Below are positions 26,426 through 35,344 of a DNA stretch of 64,000 nt, piece after piece. The stretch comes from Chitinophagaceae bacterium (GTDB taxonomy: Bacteria; Bacteroidota; Bacteroidia; Chitinophagales; Chitinophagaceae), in contig JANLQY010000121.1 of the NCBI GenBank assembly GCA_031368105.1, positions 7,975 through 71,974 on the forward strand, written 5' to 3'. The notes beneath the pieces are model-generated. The model searched no databases, was not told the DNA's origin, and was given only the letters and a program-made list of their open reading frames with translations. Each line of letters opens with the position of its first letter. Positions within the stretch are counted from its first letter, which is position 1. A program made the translations under genes and the position numbers.

Positions 26426-26463
26426 GGGAAATAGTTTTGGGATCTGCTTATTAGTATCATCAA

Positions 26464-26925
26464 TTAATTTGTAATACTGTTGTCTTTATTCTTGTCGGGC
26501 TTTACTTCAATTGTTTCCGGCACCAAGTAAATATTGTTGGTGATCAGCTTGGTCTTGATGAGTTGTTTTCTAAAAGCATCTGCATCTTCTTTAGTTAAAA
26601 AATTTCCAAACTTCAATTTGATATACGGCGGCTGAAAACTCATGTAAACTTTTTGGTCGGTATAGCGCTGTAATAATTGCGCCCTCACCTTCATTGCCAG
26701 CGAACGATCGTTTGTGCTGAGCACCATCAGGCGGTAACCTTTTGATGACTTAACACTAGTTGCCAACGCTTCATTAAATGCAGCTTCTTTCTCCTGCAAT
26801 ACATCCAGGCGGCTGTCTTTTATTACCATTACTTTTCCGGTAACAGCTGAATCAGTTGCTGCAGTTTGTGCCTTTAAGGATACTACTGCAAAACAAATAA
26901 GGGAGATAAAAATTATTCTTTTCAT
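26464..26925 (-). CDS. SPOR-domain protein
   Basis: A signal peptide is followed by a C-terminal SPOR-like repeat: GYRLMVLSTNDRSLAMKVRAQLLQRY...PPYIKLKFGNFLTKEDADAFRKQL. Confidence 0.75.
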   Translation of the reverse strand: MKRIIFISLICFAVVSLKAQTAATDSAVTGKVMVIKDSRLDVLQEKEAAFNEALATSVKSSKGYRLMVLSTNDRSLAMKVRAQLLQRYTDQKVYMSFQPPYIKLKFGNFLTKEDADAFRKQLIKTKLITNNIYLVPETIEVKPDKNKDNSITN

Positions 26926-27288
26926 ATTTTGATATTGTCAAAAACCATTCCTTTTAATTCATGGCAAAAGTATTACTTTTTAAGCCGATATATTCCCTGG
27001 AAAACAAACATACTGAAAGATGACAATAACAGCGGGACACTGCTGACCATTTCTAAAGGCTTAACAAATCGTTAGTGCCGTTTGATTAAACTACTTTTCC
27101 CGCTCTCTATCTGTTGCACAAATAATCTCAATGAAAAGTTTAGTTACAACAGTTTTTGCTTTATTAATATTTGTTATCCTCTTTTTGCTGGTGCCACAAA
27201 AGTTTAAATAAGCCCGACAAACCCTTCCCGTAAAAAATACTACCTTAGCGGCTCACTACTGTTGAAACAACAGCAAACTACTACAAAT

Positions 27289-28392
27289 ATGAAGCAGTCG
27301 CATTTTCAAAAATTTGCCCCGAAAAAAAAGAACAGCGTAATTAAGGAAGAAATAAGACAGAACAAAAAGAAAGCGAAGAAAGAACGTGCTGTTGCTATCG
27401 ACAAACATTTTGAACAAAAAAGAAAACTGAGGGAAGCCGCCAGGGAAGGTGCTTTGAACGCCCCCGTGTCGGCCAATATTACTGCCGGTAAAACAGATAA
27501 AATAAAAACCATTGAAGCCAACTTTAAGCATGCTAATAAAATAAAAAGTATCATCAATGAATTTGCTCCCCCTGCTATCCCTGCTCCAAAGCCTGTAAAG
27601 ATAGGAAAGCCTGTTCCAGTTTCTAACGAATTGATGCCGCTGAATAAATTTGTGGCTCACTGTGGTGTTTGCAGCAGAAGGGATGCAGTGACGGTTATTA
27701 AAAGCGGAAAAGTAAAAGTAAATAACAACGTTGTAATTGAGCCAGCTTTTAAAGTATCTGAAAAAGATGATATTCTTTTCAATGGTAAAAAATTATTTGT
27801 CAGCAAAAACCTTGTGTACATTTTGCTGAACAAACCCAAAGATTATATTACCACCACCGATGATCCGCAGGGAAGAAAAACAGTGTTGCAACTGATTAAA
27901 GCTGCCACTACTGAAAGGGTTTACCCGGTAGGAAGATTAGACAGAAATACTTCCGGTGTATTACTGCTTACCAATGATGGTGAGCTTACACAGAAATTAT
28001 CTCACCCCAGCTACAACATTACCAAAGTATATGAAGCCAAGCTGGATAAGCCTTTAACCAAAACTGATTTTGATAAAATATTAAATGGTATCCAATTAGA
28101 AGATGGTGAAATAAAAGCCGACTCTCTTGCTTATGCAGATGCAAAAGACAAATCAGTGATTGGTATTGAAATACACAGCGGCAGAAACCGTATTGTTCGA
28201 CGCATTTTTGAATCGATGGGTTATGATGTGAAAGGGCTGGACCGGGTAATGTACGCCACCCTTACCAAGAAAAATGTAGAGCGGAGCAAGTGGCGTTTTT
28301 TAAGTGAGAAAGAAGTAAGGCTGTTGAAATACCTGAATGCCTCTTTCAAAAAAACTCCTGCAAAAGAAAAAGAGGAAACAGTAAAAAAATAA
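27289..28392 (+). CDS. rluB: rRNA pseudouridine synthase, RsuA/RluB family, with a long Lys-rich N-terminal extension
   Basis: It has an S4 domain (LNKFVAHCGVCSRRDAVTVIKSGKVKVNN) and a catalytic GRLDRNTSGVLLLTNDGEL. About 125 residues of K/E/A-rich sequence precede the S4 domain. The first ATG at 27289 is used; the track start at 27262 is a TTG. Confidence 0.85.
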   Translation: MKQSHFQKFAPKKKNSVIKEEIRQNKKKAKKERAVAIDKHFEQKRKLREAAREGALNAPVSANITAGKTDKIKTIEANFKHANKIKSIINEFAPPAIPAPKPVKIGKPVPVSNELMPLNKFVAHCGVCSRRDAVTVIKSGKVKVNNNVVIEPAFKVSEKDDILFNGKKLFVSKNLVYILLNKPKDYITTTDDPQGRKTVLQLIKAATTERVYPVGRLDRNTSGVLLLTNDGELTQKLSHPSYNITKVYEAKLDKPLTKTDFDKILNGIQLEDGEIKADSLAYADAKDKSVIGIEIHSGRNRIVRRIFESMGYDVKGLDRVMYATLTKKNVERSKWRFLSEKEVRLLKYLNASFKKTPAKEKEETVKK

Positions 28393-28402
28393 CAGCCCGG
28401 TT

Positions 28403-29143
28403 ATGTCAACACAAAGCAACCCTACTACAAAAAATCACCTGCATATCATTTTTGAAAATGATCAGTTTATTGTTTTGAATAAACCTGCCGGTGTATTGTC
28501 AATCCCCGACAGGACACAATCTGAGCCTTCATTAAAAGACATGCTGATAGAAAAGTATGGCAGCATCTTTACCGTTCACCGCCTGGATAAAGAAACCAGC
28601 GGTATTATTTTATTTGCTAAAAATGAAACAGCCCACCAGTATTTTTCAAAGCAGTTTGAAGACCGCAGCATGGAAAAATATTATCTCGGTCTGGTGCATG
28701 GCACACTGGAGCAAACCGCTGGAAGCATTGATGCTGCTATCATGGAACACCCTGCCCTGAAAGGAGTAATGGTGGTAAATAAAAAAGGTAAGCCTTCTTT
28801 GACAGACTACGAACTGGCAGAAGCATTGGGCAAATTTTCTTTGGTAAAATTCAGGATACATACCGGCCGCACCCACCAGATAAGGGTACATGCAAAAAAC
28901 ATCGGCCATCCCATTGCCTGCGATCCTTTGTATGGCGATGGCAAACCTGTATTGCTTTCCTCCATCAAAAAGAAATACAAATTAAGCAAGCATGATGAGG
29001 AAGAAAGGCCAATACTGAACCGGGTTGCCCTTCACAGTTATGAATTAAAATTTAAAGATGCCACTGGGCAGGAATTTGATTTAACAGCAGAACTTCATAA
29101 AGACATCCGGGCATTGATACAACAGTTGAAAAAGAATTTATAA
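28403..29143 (+). CDS. RluA-family pseudouridine synthase (no S4 domain)
   Basis: It contains LNKPAGVLS, the catalytic HRLDKETSGIILFAK, and TGRTHQIRVH. Confidence 0.9.
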   Translation: MSTQSNPTTKNHLHIIFENDQFIVLNKPAGVLSIPDRTQSEPSLKDMLIEKYGSIFTVHRLDKETSGIILFAKNETAHQYFSKQFEDRSMEKYYLGLVHGTLEQTAGSIDAAIMEHPALKGVMVVNKKGKPSLTDYELAEALGKFSLVKFRIHTGRTHQIRVHAKNIGHPIACDPLYGDGKPVLLSSIKKKYKLSKHDEEERPILNRVALHSYELKFKDATGQEFDLTAELHKDIRALIQQLKKNL

Positions 29144-29195
29144 AGCTTCAATATTTCACTGCAGAGAAGTATTTACAGTGAAAAAATTAGCAATG

Positions 29196-29217
29196 AAAAA
29201 AGCCGCTGAACAGCGGC
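29196..29217 (-). terminator. Rho-independent terminator for the peroxiredoxin gene (hairpin shared between convergent genes)
   Basis: GCCGCTGAACAGCGGC is a perfect 6-bp stem. On the minus strand it is followed by TTTTTT. Confidence 0.6.
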
Positions 29218-29278
29218 CTTGATCTAAAACTCAAATAAAAATTTATACGGTTCAGGTCGCTTTGAGCGCCCCGACCCT

Positions 29279-29917
29279 CTAGTCAATATTCGGCTGTGGT
29301 GTGTAGCGCAAATACGGCTTTATCACTTCCACTCCTTTCGGGAATTTTTTAATTGCATCTTCGGTACTTACTGCCGGCACTACAATTACGTTTTCGCCAT
29401 GCTTCCAGTTGGCAGGTGTGGCTACACTGTAGTTAGCTGTTAATTGCAGTGAATCAACCACCCTTAATACTTCTACAAAATTTCTTCCGGTAGATGCCGG
29501 ATAAGTGATGATCAGCTTTACTGTTTTATCTGGTGCAATGATTACCAGCGAACGAACTGTAGCGGTGGCAGATGCATTGGGATGAATAAAATCATACAGG
29601 GTAGAAACTTCCCTGCTGTCATCTGCTATGATGGGGAAATCTACCGTACAATTTTGTGTTTCATTGATATCACCAATCCAGCCCAGGTGCTTATCAACCG
29701 GATCCACACTTAGTGCCAGTACTTTTACATTGCGTTTGGCAAACTCATCTTTCAGTGCTGCTGTCCTGCCCAGTTCGGTAGTACAAACAGGTGTATAATC
29801 AGCAGGATGTGAGAATAAAATTCCCCATGAATCACCCAGGTATTCATAGAAATTAATTTCACCTAAAGAGGTGGCTGCTTTAAAATTGGGAGCAATATCC
29901 CCTAAGCGTAAACTCAT
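29279..29917 (-). CDS. 1-Cys peroxiredoxin (Prx6-like)
   Basis: It reads MSLRLGDIAPNF...WGILFSHPADYTPVCTTELG, with a single peroxidatic Cys context (PVCTTE). The track start at 29947 is 10 codons upstream; MSLRLG at 29917 matches the usual N-terminus. Confidence 0.9.
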   Translation of the reverse strand: MSLRLGDIAPNFKAATSLGEINFYEYLGDSWGILFSHPADYTPVCTTELGRTAALKDEFAKRNVKVLALSVDPVDKHLGWIGDINETQNCTVDFPIIADDSREVSTLYDFIHPNASATATVRSLVIIAPDKTVKLIITYPASTGRNFVEVLRVVDSLQLTANYSVATPANWKHGENVIVVPAVSTEDAIKKFPKGVEVIKPYLRYTPQPNID

Positions 29918-30014
29918 AGTAAAATGTTTTAGGCTGCAAATATACAATAGTCTATAAAATAAGTAGACTTTTATTTTGATTTTTTTATTTCTATTTTTTA
30001 TTTACCTTAACCGG

Positions 30015-30425
30015 ATGTTATCTAAAAAAACTCAATACGCACTGAAAGCCCTTGGCTACTTAGCCGGCAAATTTGGTGAAGGCCCGGTGCTGATTTCTGA
30101 AATATCGAAGAAGAAGAAAATCCCCATTAAATTTTTAGAAACAATTTTATTAGAATTGAAGCAGGGTGGTATATTGGAAAGTAAAAAAGGAAAAGGTGGT
30201 GGTTATTACTTATTGCAGTCGCCAAAAAAAATTACACTTGCTAAAGCCATTCGTTTGGTAGGCGGCCCCATAGCGCTGATACCCTGTGTAAGCCTGAACT
30301 TTTATGAAAAATGTAAAGACTGCGATGAAGCTACCTGCGGCCTCAACAAAGCCATGGTACAAACAAGAGATGCCACACTAAAAATTTTAGAAAAGAAAAC
30401 TTTGGAAGAATTGATTGACCGGTAG
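30015..30425 (+). CDS. Rrf2-family transcriptional regulator (Cys-containing, possibly Fe-S or redox sensing)
   Basis: The typical Rrf2 N-terminus is MLSKKTQYALKALGYLA (at 30015), followed by a winged helix. A Cys cluster CVSLNFYEKCKDCDEATC is present. The gene is divergent from the peroxiredoxin gene. Confidence 0.85.
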   Translation: MLSKKTQYALKALGYLAGKFGEGPVLISEISKKKKIPIKFLETILLELKQGGILESKKGKGGGYYLLQSPKKITLAKAIRLVGGPIALIPCVSLNFYEKCKDCDEATCGLNKAMVQTRDATLKILEKKTLEELIDR

Positions 30426-30428
30426 CCT

Positions 30429-32546
30429 TTATAATTTCAATTTCCTCACTACCGATTTCACTTCTTTCTTTAACTCATCCAATGCACCCATCTGCTGCTG
30501 GATAAAACTGTTATCTTCCAAACGGCCAAGCACTTTATTCATTTCTTCATTAGTTTCATACACCATTTTACGGAAAGGGTTGCTGTAGTCTTTAGCTCTG
30601 GAATCGTAGATGCCTTTGCACATCCAGCTTCTGGTGGTAACAAACTGTTGCAGTAATTCCTTTAGCAATGCTGGTGTAAATTGTCTTGGAGTAATATTTA
30701 ATATTTCAAGAAGTGATGTGTAAGCATGGTTGAGTTTATTGGTATCATATATTTTTCCCTGCACCACATAAAAATTATGCACTTCCTGCCAGCTGTTTAT
30801 TTTACCGGATTTGATATTGGTGATGAATTTTTTTACATCCTCTTCCTGTATCAACTGTCCGCCAATATTGAGCCACTGACTTCGCTGCAGTTTGGCAGAG
30901 AGTGATTTTTTCAGTTCTTCAAAACTGCTGAATTTACTGCGCCGGATAAGTTTCATTATTTCAACTGCTGCATAATATTGTACCAGCTCTTTAAACAAAC
31001 TTATAGATTGCGGGACTTTTAATATCTCTACCTGGCGGGAAGTATTTTCCCAACCTGTTGTATAAGCCGTACCGGAATCATTTGGCTGCAATGATTGCAA
31101 TAACTGTAATGAATCAAATATTTCATTGATGGTATCCGGTGCTAAATAATCATATTCGATGTACTGCAATTTGGTAGTACGCCTGTCCCTGTCCACATAT
31201 TTCCATGCATTGCGTTCCAGTGCATACATGTTGTACATAAACCAGTAACCCGGCATTACCACCAGCTTATTATTGGTAACATCATTGCTTACCAAACTAA
31301 ATGGAATACTGATATTTAACTCCGCAGGGAAATCGCCTTTGGCCAAAATGGTAAAGGATGCAAACTTGGAATTGTGTTTGAGGCTTACACAGAGACCCGG
31401 CCAAAACCCACGGCCAGCAATGATTTCACCATCCGGGCTGCGGCTGTTATGATTGCTGCCAATGGTGGCGCCTGCCGCAATATTACTTTGTCCCATTACC
31501 AAAGCTGCGCATAAAAATGAATTGTTATGATGCTGTTCATGTGCCGGAAAAATTAAAGAGTTCAACACTTCACAGCAGGAGATGGTGGCATTGTTACCAA
31601 GATAAGAATTGATAAGCCTTGCACCATATTTCAATTGAGAATGAGAAGCCATTACAAACCGAACTGCCTTTACCCCATAAAAAATACGACAGCCATAACC
31701 CACAATACCATTTACAATTTCGCAGCCTTCTCCAATTTGGGAAGTACGGTTTTCATCACTTTTGATGGTAAGGTTTTTTAATTTATTAGCACCCTTCAAA
31801 TAAGCATCAGTACCAATCTTTACATCCTTAATGATCTTACAGTTTTTGATTACCGTGCGGTCGCCAATTTCTGCGTAATGCCCACGGCGGCTGTCAAATT
31901 TTTTATCGGTAAATTCTTTAAATTTATTTATCAGCGCTTCATCAGCAATATACCTGCTCCACAAATGGGCATCGCCGGGCAGCATCCCGTCAAATGGAAT
32001 CACTTGCCTGCCGCCATTTTCATTGCACAATTCCAGCACCACCCGTTGCCTTTCCTCTTCACCATCCGACAGAATTCCATTTCCAAATTTTGCTTTGTCG
32101 GTACTGGCCAATTCATTTACATTGGCTATCATCACTTCATTGCCGATAATGTAGTGGCTTAAATAATTTACATGATCAATACAAACATTGTCGCCAATAT
32201 CACAACTGATGATGGTGCAATTGTATAAACCTACGGGCAATCTTAAATTGTGAAATTCTAAATAATAAGGTTCCAGTTTGCCAATGCGTATCAGTCCATG
32301 AAACTTGCAGTTCCTTACCAGCTCCGGTCGGAAAAATTCTGAAACAAAAATCTTATTCCAGTCATCAGAAGTATTGCGGTTACGCACCAGCACTTCTATT
32401 TCGGTGGAAGTCAGCTGCCTGTAATCTTTGCGGTGGGGGTTTTGTTCAAACCTCAGGTAGTATTCATCTTTACCTGCTGGAAGATATTTAGGTTCTATAA
32501 AATTATAGCCCAATTCATTTACCGGATGTTTGATAATAATATTCAT
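30429..32546 (-). CDS. Large left-handed-beta-helix protein, DUF4954-like (name recalled from memory, not verified)
   Basis: The 705-aa product has a central run of hexapeptide-like turns: IGDRTVIKNCKIIKDVKIGTDAYLKGANKLKNLTI...IGEGCEIVNGIVGYGCRIFYGVKAV...NIAAGATIGSNHN. The C-terminal ~250 aa are helical. It lies directly downstream of glmS. Confidence 0.55.
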   Translation of the reverse strand: MNIIIKHPVNELGYNFIEPKYLPAGKDEYYLRFEQNPHRKDYRQLTSTEIEVLVRNRNTSDDWNKIFVSEFFRPELVRNCKFHGLIRIGKLEPYYLEFHNLRLPVGLYNCTIISCDIGDNVCIDHVNYLSHYIIGNEVMIANVNELASTDKAKFGNGILSDGEEERQRVVLELCNENGGRQVIPFDGMLPGDAHLWSRYIADEALINKFKEFTDKKFDSRRGHYAEIGDRTVIKNCKIIKDVKIGTDAYLKGANKLKNLTIKSDENRTSQIGEGCEIVNGIVGYGCRIFYGVKAVRFVMASHSQLKYGARLINSYLGNNATISCCEVLNSLIFPAHEQHHNNSFLCAALVMGQSNIAAGATIGSNHNSRSPDGEIIAGRGFWPGLCVSLKHNSKFASFTILAKGDFPAELNISIPFSLVSNDVTNNKLVVMPGYWFMYNMYALERNAWKYVDRDRRTTKLQYIEYDYLAPDTINEIFDSLQLLQSLQPNDSGTAYTTGWENTSRQVEILKVPQSISLFKELVQYYAAVEIMKLIRRSKFSSFEELKKSLSAKLQRSQWLNIGGQLIQEEDVKKFITNIKSGKINSWQEVHNFYVVQGKIYDTNKLNHAYTSLLEILNITPRQFTPALLKELLQQFVTTRSWMCKGIYDSRAKDYSNPFRKMVYETNEEMNKVLGRLEDNSFIQQQMGALDELKKEVKSVVRKLKL

Positions 32547-32568
32547 GCCCCTATCCCCTAAAGGGGGA
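32545..32568 (+). repeat. GC-rich palindromic element, copy abutting the DUF4954-like start codon
   Basis: ATGCCCCTATCCCCTAAAGGGGGA sits directly next to the complement of the start codon (CAT at 32544-32546). Confidence 0.75.
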
Positions 32569-32630
32569 TTAAAATTTTAAAATTGTTATTGTATGCAAAA
32601 TAAAAAAGCGTTTTGATTTATGAACTCCGG

Positions 32631-32656
32631 TTCCCCTTTAGGGGATAGGGGCATTA
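32631..32656 (-). repeat. GC-rich palindromic element, copy overlapping the glmS stop codon
   Basis: The minus strand reads TAATGCCCCTATCCCCTAAAGGGGAA, and its leading TAA is the glmS stop. It is in inverted orientation relative to the copy at 32545. Confidence 0.8.
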
Positions 32657-34489
32657 TTCTACGGTCACACTCTTAGCCAAATTTCTAGGCTTGTCTACAT
32701 CCACTCCTTTGGCAATACCTACATAATAAGAAAGCAATTGCAAAGGGATGCAACTCAGCATTGGTGCCAAAATTTCATCTGCAGGCGGCACAAAAAACAC
32801 ATCGTCTGCAAGTCCGGGTATCACTTCATCACCTTCGGTAATGATGGCAATTACTTTTCCTTTACGGGCTTTTATCTCCTGGATATTGCTTACAATTTTT
32901 TCGTGGTAACTGTCTTTAGTTGCAACAAACACCACCGGCAAAGTTTCTGTTACCAATGCAATAGGGCCATGTTTCATTTCTGCAGCAGGGTAGCCTTCTG
33001 CATGGATGTAAGAAATTTCTTTCAGTTTCAATGCTCCTTCCAAAGCAATGGGGAAGTTGTAACCACGACCTAAGAACAATGCATCGTTGGCTCCTTTATA
33101 TTTTTCTGCTATCAGTTTTATTGCATCTGCATTGGCTAATAACGCTTCTACTTTTTCAGGAATTGCTTCCAGTTCAAATAATAATTTATTGTAGCGTTCA
33201 TCTGGTATGCTGCCATTTTCTTTTGCAATCATCAGTGCCATCATCGTAAGCACTGCCAGCTGGCCGGTGAAGGCTTTGGTACTGGCAACGCCAATTTCAG
33301 GACCTGCATGGGTGTATGCTCCACCATGACTGATCCTTGCAATGGAAGAACCCACTGCATTTACAATTCCAAAAATAATTGCACCTTGCTCTTTTGCTTT
33401 TTCAATCGCCACCAATGTATCTGCTGTCTCACCACTTTGTGAAATAGCAATGATGATGTCGCCTTTATTAATCACCGGGTTGCGGTATCGGAATTCTGAA
33501 GCATATTCCACTTCCACCGGTATCCTGCACAATTCTTCAATGACATATTCGGCAACCAGCCCTGCATGCCAACTGGTGCCGCAGGCAACAATGATAATAC
33601 GTTTGGCATTTTTGAATGCTTCAATATTATTCTGCACACCACTAAGCCGGATGATGCCATGTTCCGTATCCAAACGTCCCCGTAAGCAATCATGGATAGT
33701 GCTGGGCTGTTCAAAAATTTCTTTCAACATAAAATGGTCGTAGCCGCCTTTTTCTATTGCTGCCAGTTCCATATCCAATGTGGTGATAAAGGGAGTAATT
33801 TTTTCGTTACCCAAATTTTTAAGAATGAGTTCATTGGGTTTTACGATGGCCAATTCGTAATCATTTACATACACTACTTCCTTTGTGTATTCCAGCATTG
33901 GAGAAGCATCGCTGCCTAAAAAATGTTCGCCTTTGCCCACACCAATTACCAACGGGCTGCCCTTTCTTGCTGCAATGATGGTTTCCGGATCATCCTGATC
34001 GATCAATAAAATACAGTAAGCTCCGGTAATTCTTTTCAATGCAATCCTTACTGCTTCTTCCAGGCTGCATTCATTATTCTTCTTGATGTCTTCTATAAAA
34101 TTGAGCAATACTTCCGTGTCGGTATCGCTGGTAAATGTGTAGCCTTTTTTGCTCAGGTCTTTTTTTATCTGGGCATAGTTTTCAATAATGCCATTGTGTA
34201 TCATGGCCAGTTTGCCACTGGCAGAAGTATGGGGGTGTGCATTGCGGTCGTTTGGTTCGCCATGGGTAGCCCAACGGGTATGACCAATGCCAATATGAGA
34301 GTGCAGGTCGGATCCCACAACAAATTCTTCGAGGTCGGCCACCCGGCCTTTTTTCTTATATACTTTAAGGCCGCCATTCAGCAAAGCCACGCCGGTACTG
34401 TCGTAGCCACGGTATTCTAATCTTTTTAATCCTTTAATTACAATCGGGTAAGCCTCTCTCGGGCCGGTATATCCTACTATTCCACACAT
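32654..34489 (-). CDS. glmS: Glutamine--fructose-6-phosphate aminotransferase (isomerising)
   Basis: It has the MCGIVGY Ntn-amidotransferase start, GHTRWATHG, two SIS domains (ACGTSWHAG, SQSGETADT) and the C-terminal KSVTVE. Confidence 0.97.
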   Translation of the reverse strand: MCGIVGYTGPREAYPIVIKGLKRLEYRGYDSTGVALLNGGLKVYKKKGRVADLEEFVVGSDLHSHIGIGHTRWATHGEPNDRNAHPHTSASGKLAMIHNGIIENYAQIKKDLSKKGYTFTSDTDTEVLLNFIEDIKKNNECSLEEAVRIALKRITGAYCILLIDQDDPETIIAARKGSPLVIGVGKGEHFLGSDASPMLEYTKEVVYVNDYELAIVKPNELILKNLGNEKITPFITTLDMELAAIEKGGYDHFMLKEIFEQPSTIHDCLRGRLDTEHGIIRLSGVQNNIEAFKNAKRIIIVACGTSWHAGLVAEYVIEELCRIPVEVEYASEFRYRNPVINKGDIIIAISQSGETADTLVAIEKAKEQGAIIFGIVNAVGSSIARISHGGAYTHAGPEIGVASTKAFTGQLAVLTMMALMIAKENGSIPDERYNKLLFELEAIPEKVEALLANADAIKLIAEKYKGANDALFLGRGYNFPIALEGALKLKEISYIHAEGYPAAEMKHGPIALVTETLPVVFVATKDSYHEKIVSNIQEIKARKGKVIAIITEGDEVIPGLADDVFFVPPADEILAPMLSCIPLQLLSYYVGIAKGVDVDKPRNLAKSVTVE

Positions 34490-34768
34490 AAATGATATTG
34501 TTTAATATTTTTTAAGACTGCTGTTTGCTGCTGATAACCACATTTGAAAATGCCTTTTTTAATCAAAAAAATAACCGTTGGTTACAAAGCTTACGCAAAC
34601 GCTTGCAAAGTAACGAAATTGTATATACAAATGGTATGCAGGCAATGGTGTAAAATTACAATCTGCCTGCTAGGCTAATATTGGTAGAATACCTTACCGA
34701 TATTTTTTAATCTCTGTAGCTTTATAGACAGCTTTGATTTCTTAATCGTAAATACAATAATAAAAAGG

Positions 34769-35317
34769 ATGAAGCAACTATTAATACTGCTGATAAGTTT
34801 GACAGGGGCAAATATTATTGTTGCCCAAAGCATCCTGCCGTTTACTGCTAATGCAAGGATCTACATTGTTCGCCATGCAGAAAAACAAACCGGTACCGAT
34901 CCGTTACTTACAGTTGATGGCAATAAAAGAGCAGGTGATTTAATGAGAGCATTGCAAAGCAAAAAAATAAAACGAATTTATATGTCAGAATTTCAACGCA
35001 CCCAACATACCGCAGACAGTTTGCGTTTACAACTTGGGATAGATACAGTGCAATCTATTGCAGATACCAGTTGCGTCAAGCTGTTTGCTGCCATCAAAAA
35101 AAATAAAGACCAACGCAGGCACATCCTTATTATTACTCACAGCAACATCATTCCGAAAATTATTTACAAGCTGGGCATTACCAGTTTTCCGCAGCAAAAT
35201 ATTCCCGATACTGAATTTGATAATTTGTACCTGGTAACATTCAAAAATGGTAAAGCCAAACTAAAGCATACCAAATATGGTAAGCCTTCTGCCGCTTCTG
35301 CTGCCATGTCGCAGTGA
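34769..35317 (+). CDS. Secreted histidine-phosphatase-family protein (SixA / phosphoglycerate-mutase-like)
   Basis: It has a signal peptide, an RHxE motif (IYIVRHAEK) and a downstream ITHSN histidine. It is 182 aa. Confidence 0.7.
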   Translation: MKQLLILLISLTGANIIVAQSILPFTANARIYIVRHAEKQTGTDPLLTVDGNKRAGDLMRALQSKKIKRIYMSEFQRTQHTADSLRLQLGIDTVQSIADTSCVKLFAAIKKNKDQRRHILIITHSNIIPKIIYKLGITSFPQQNIPDTEFDNLYLVTFKNGKAKLKHTKYGKPSAASAAMSQ

Positions 35318-35344
35318 CGGCAATATGCAGGCAGTAAAATTTTA

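Noticed and set aside
27131-27214. A 27-codon ORF (MKSLVTTVFALLIFVILFLLVPQKFK) in the SPOR/rluB intergenic region, as a possible small membrane peptide.
   Set aside because: It is too short to evaluate without conservation or expression data, and no clear translation signals are present. It is mentioned only as a candidate for ribosome-profiling checks.
34490-34768. A possible glmS ribozyme or riboswitch in the glmS leader.
   Set aside because: I could not recognise a conserved glmS ribozyme core in the leader. The element is characteristic of Firmicutes rather than Bacteroidota. Only a generic hairpin (GCAGGC...GCCTGC) is present.
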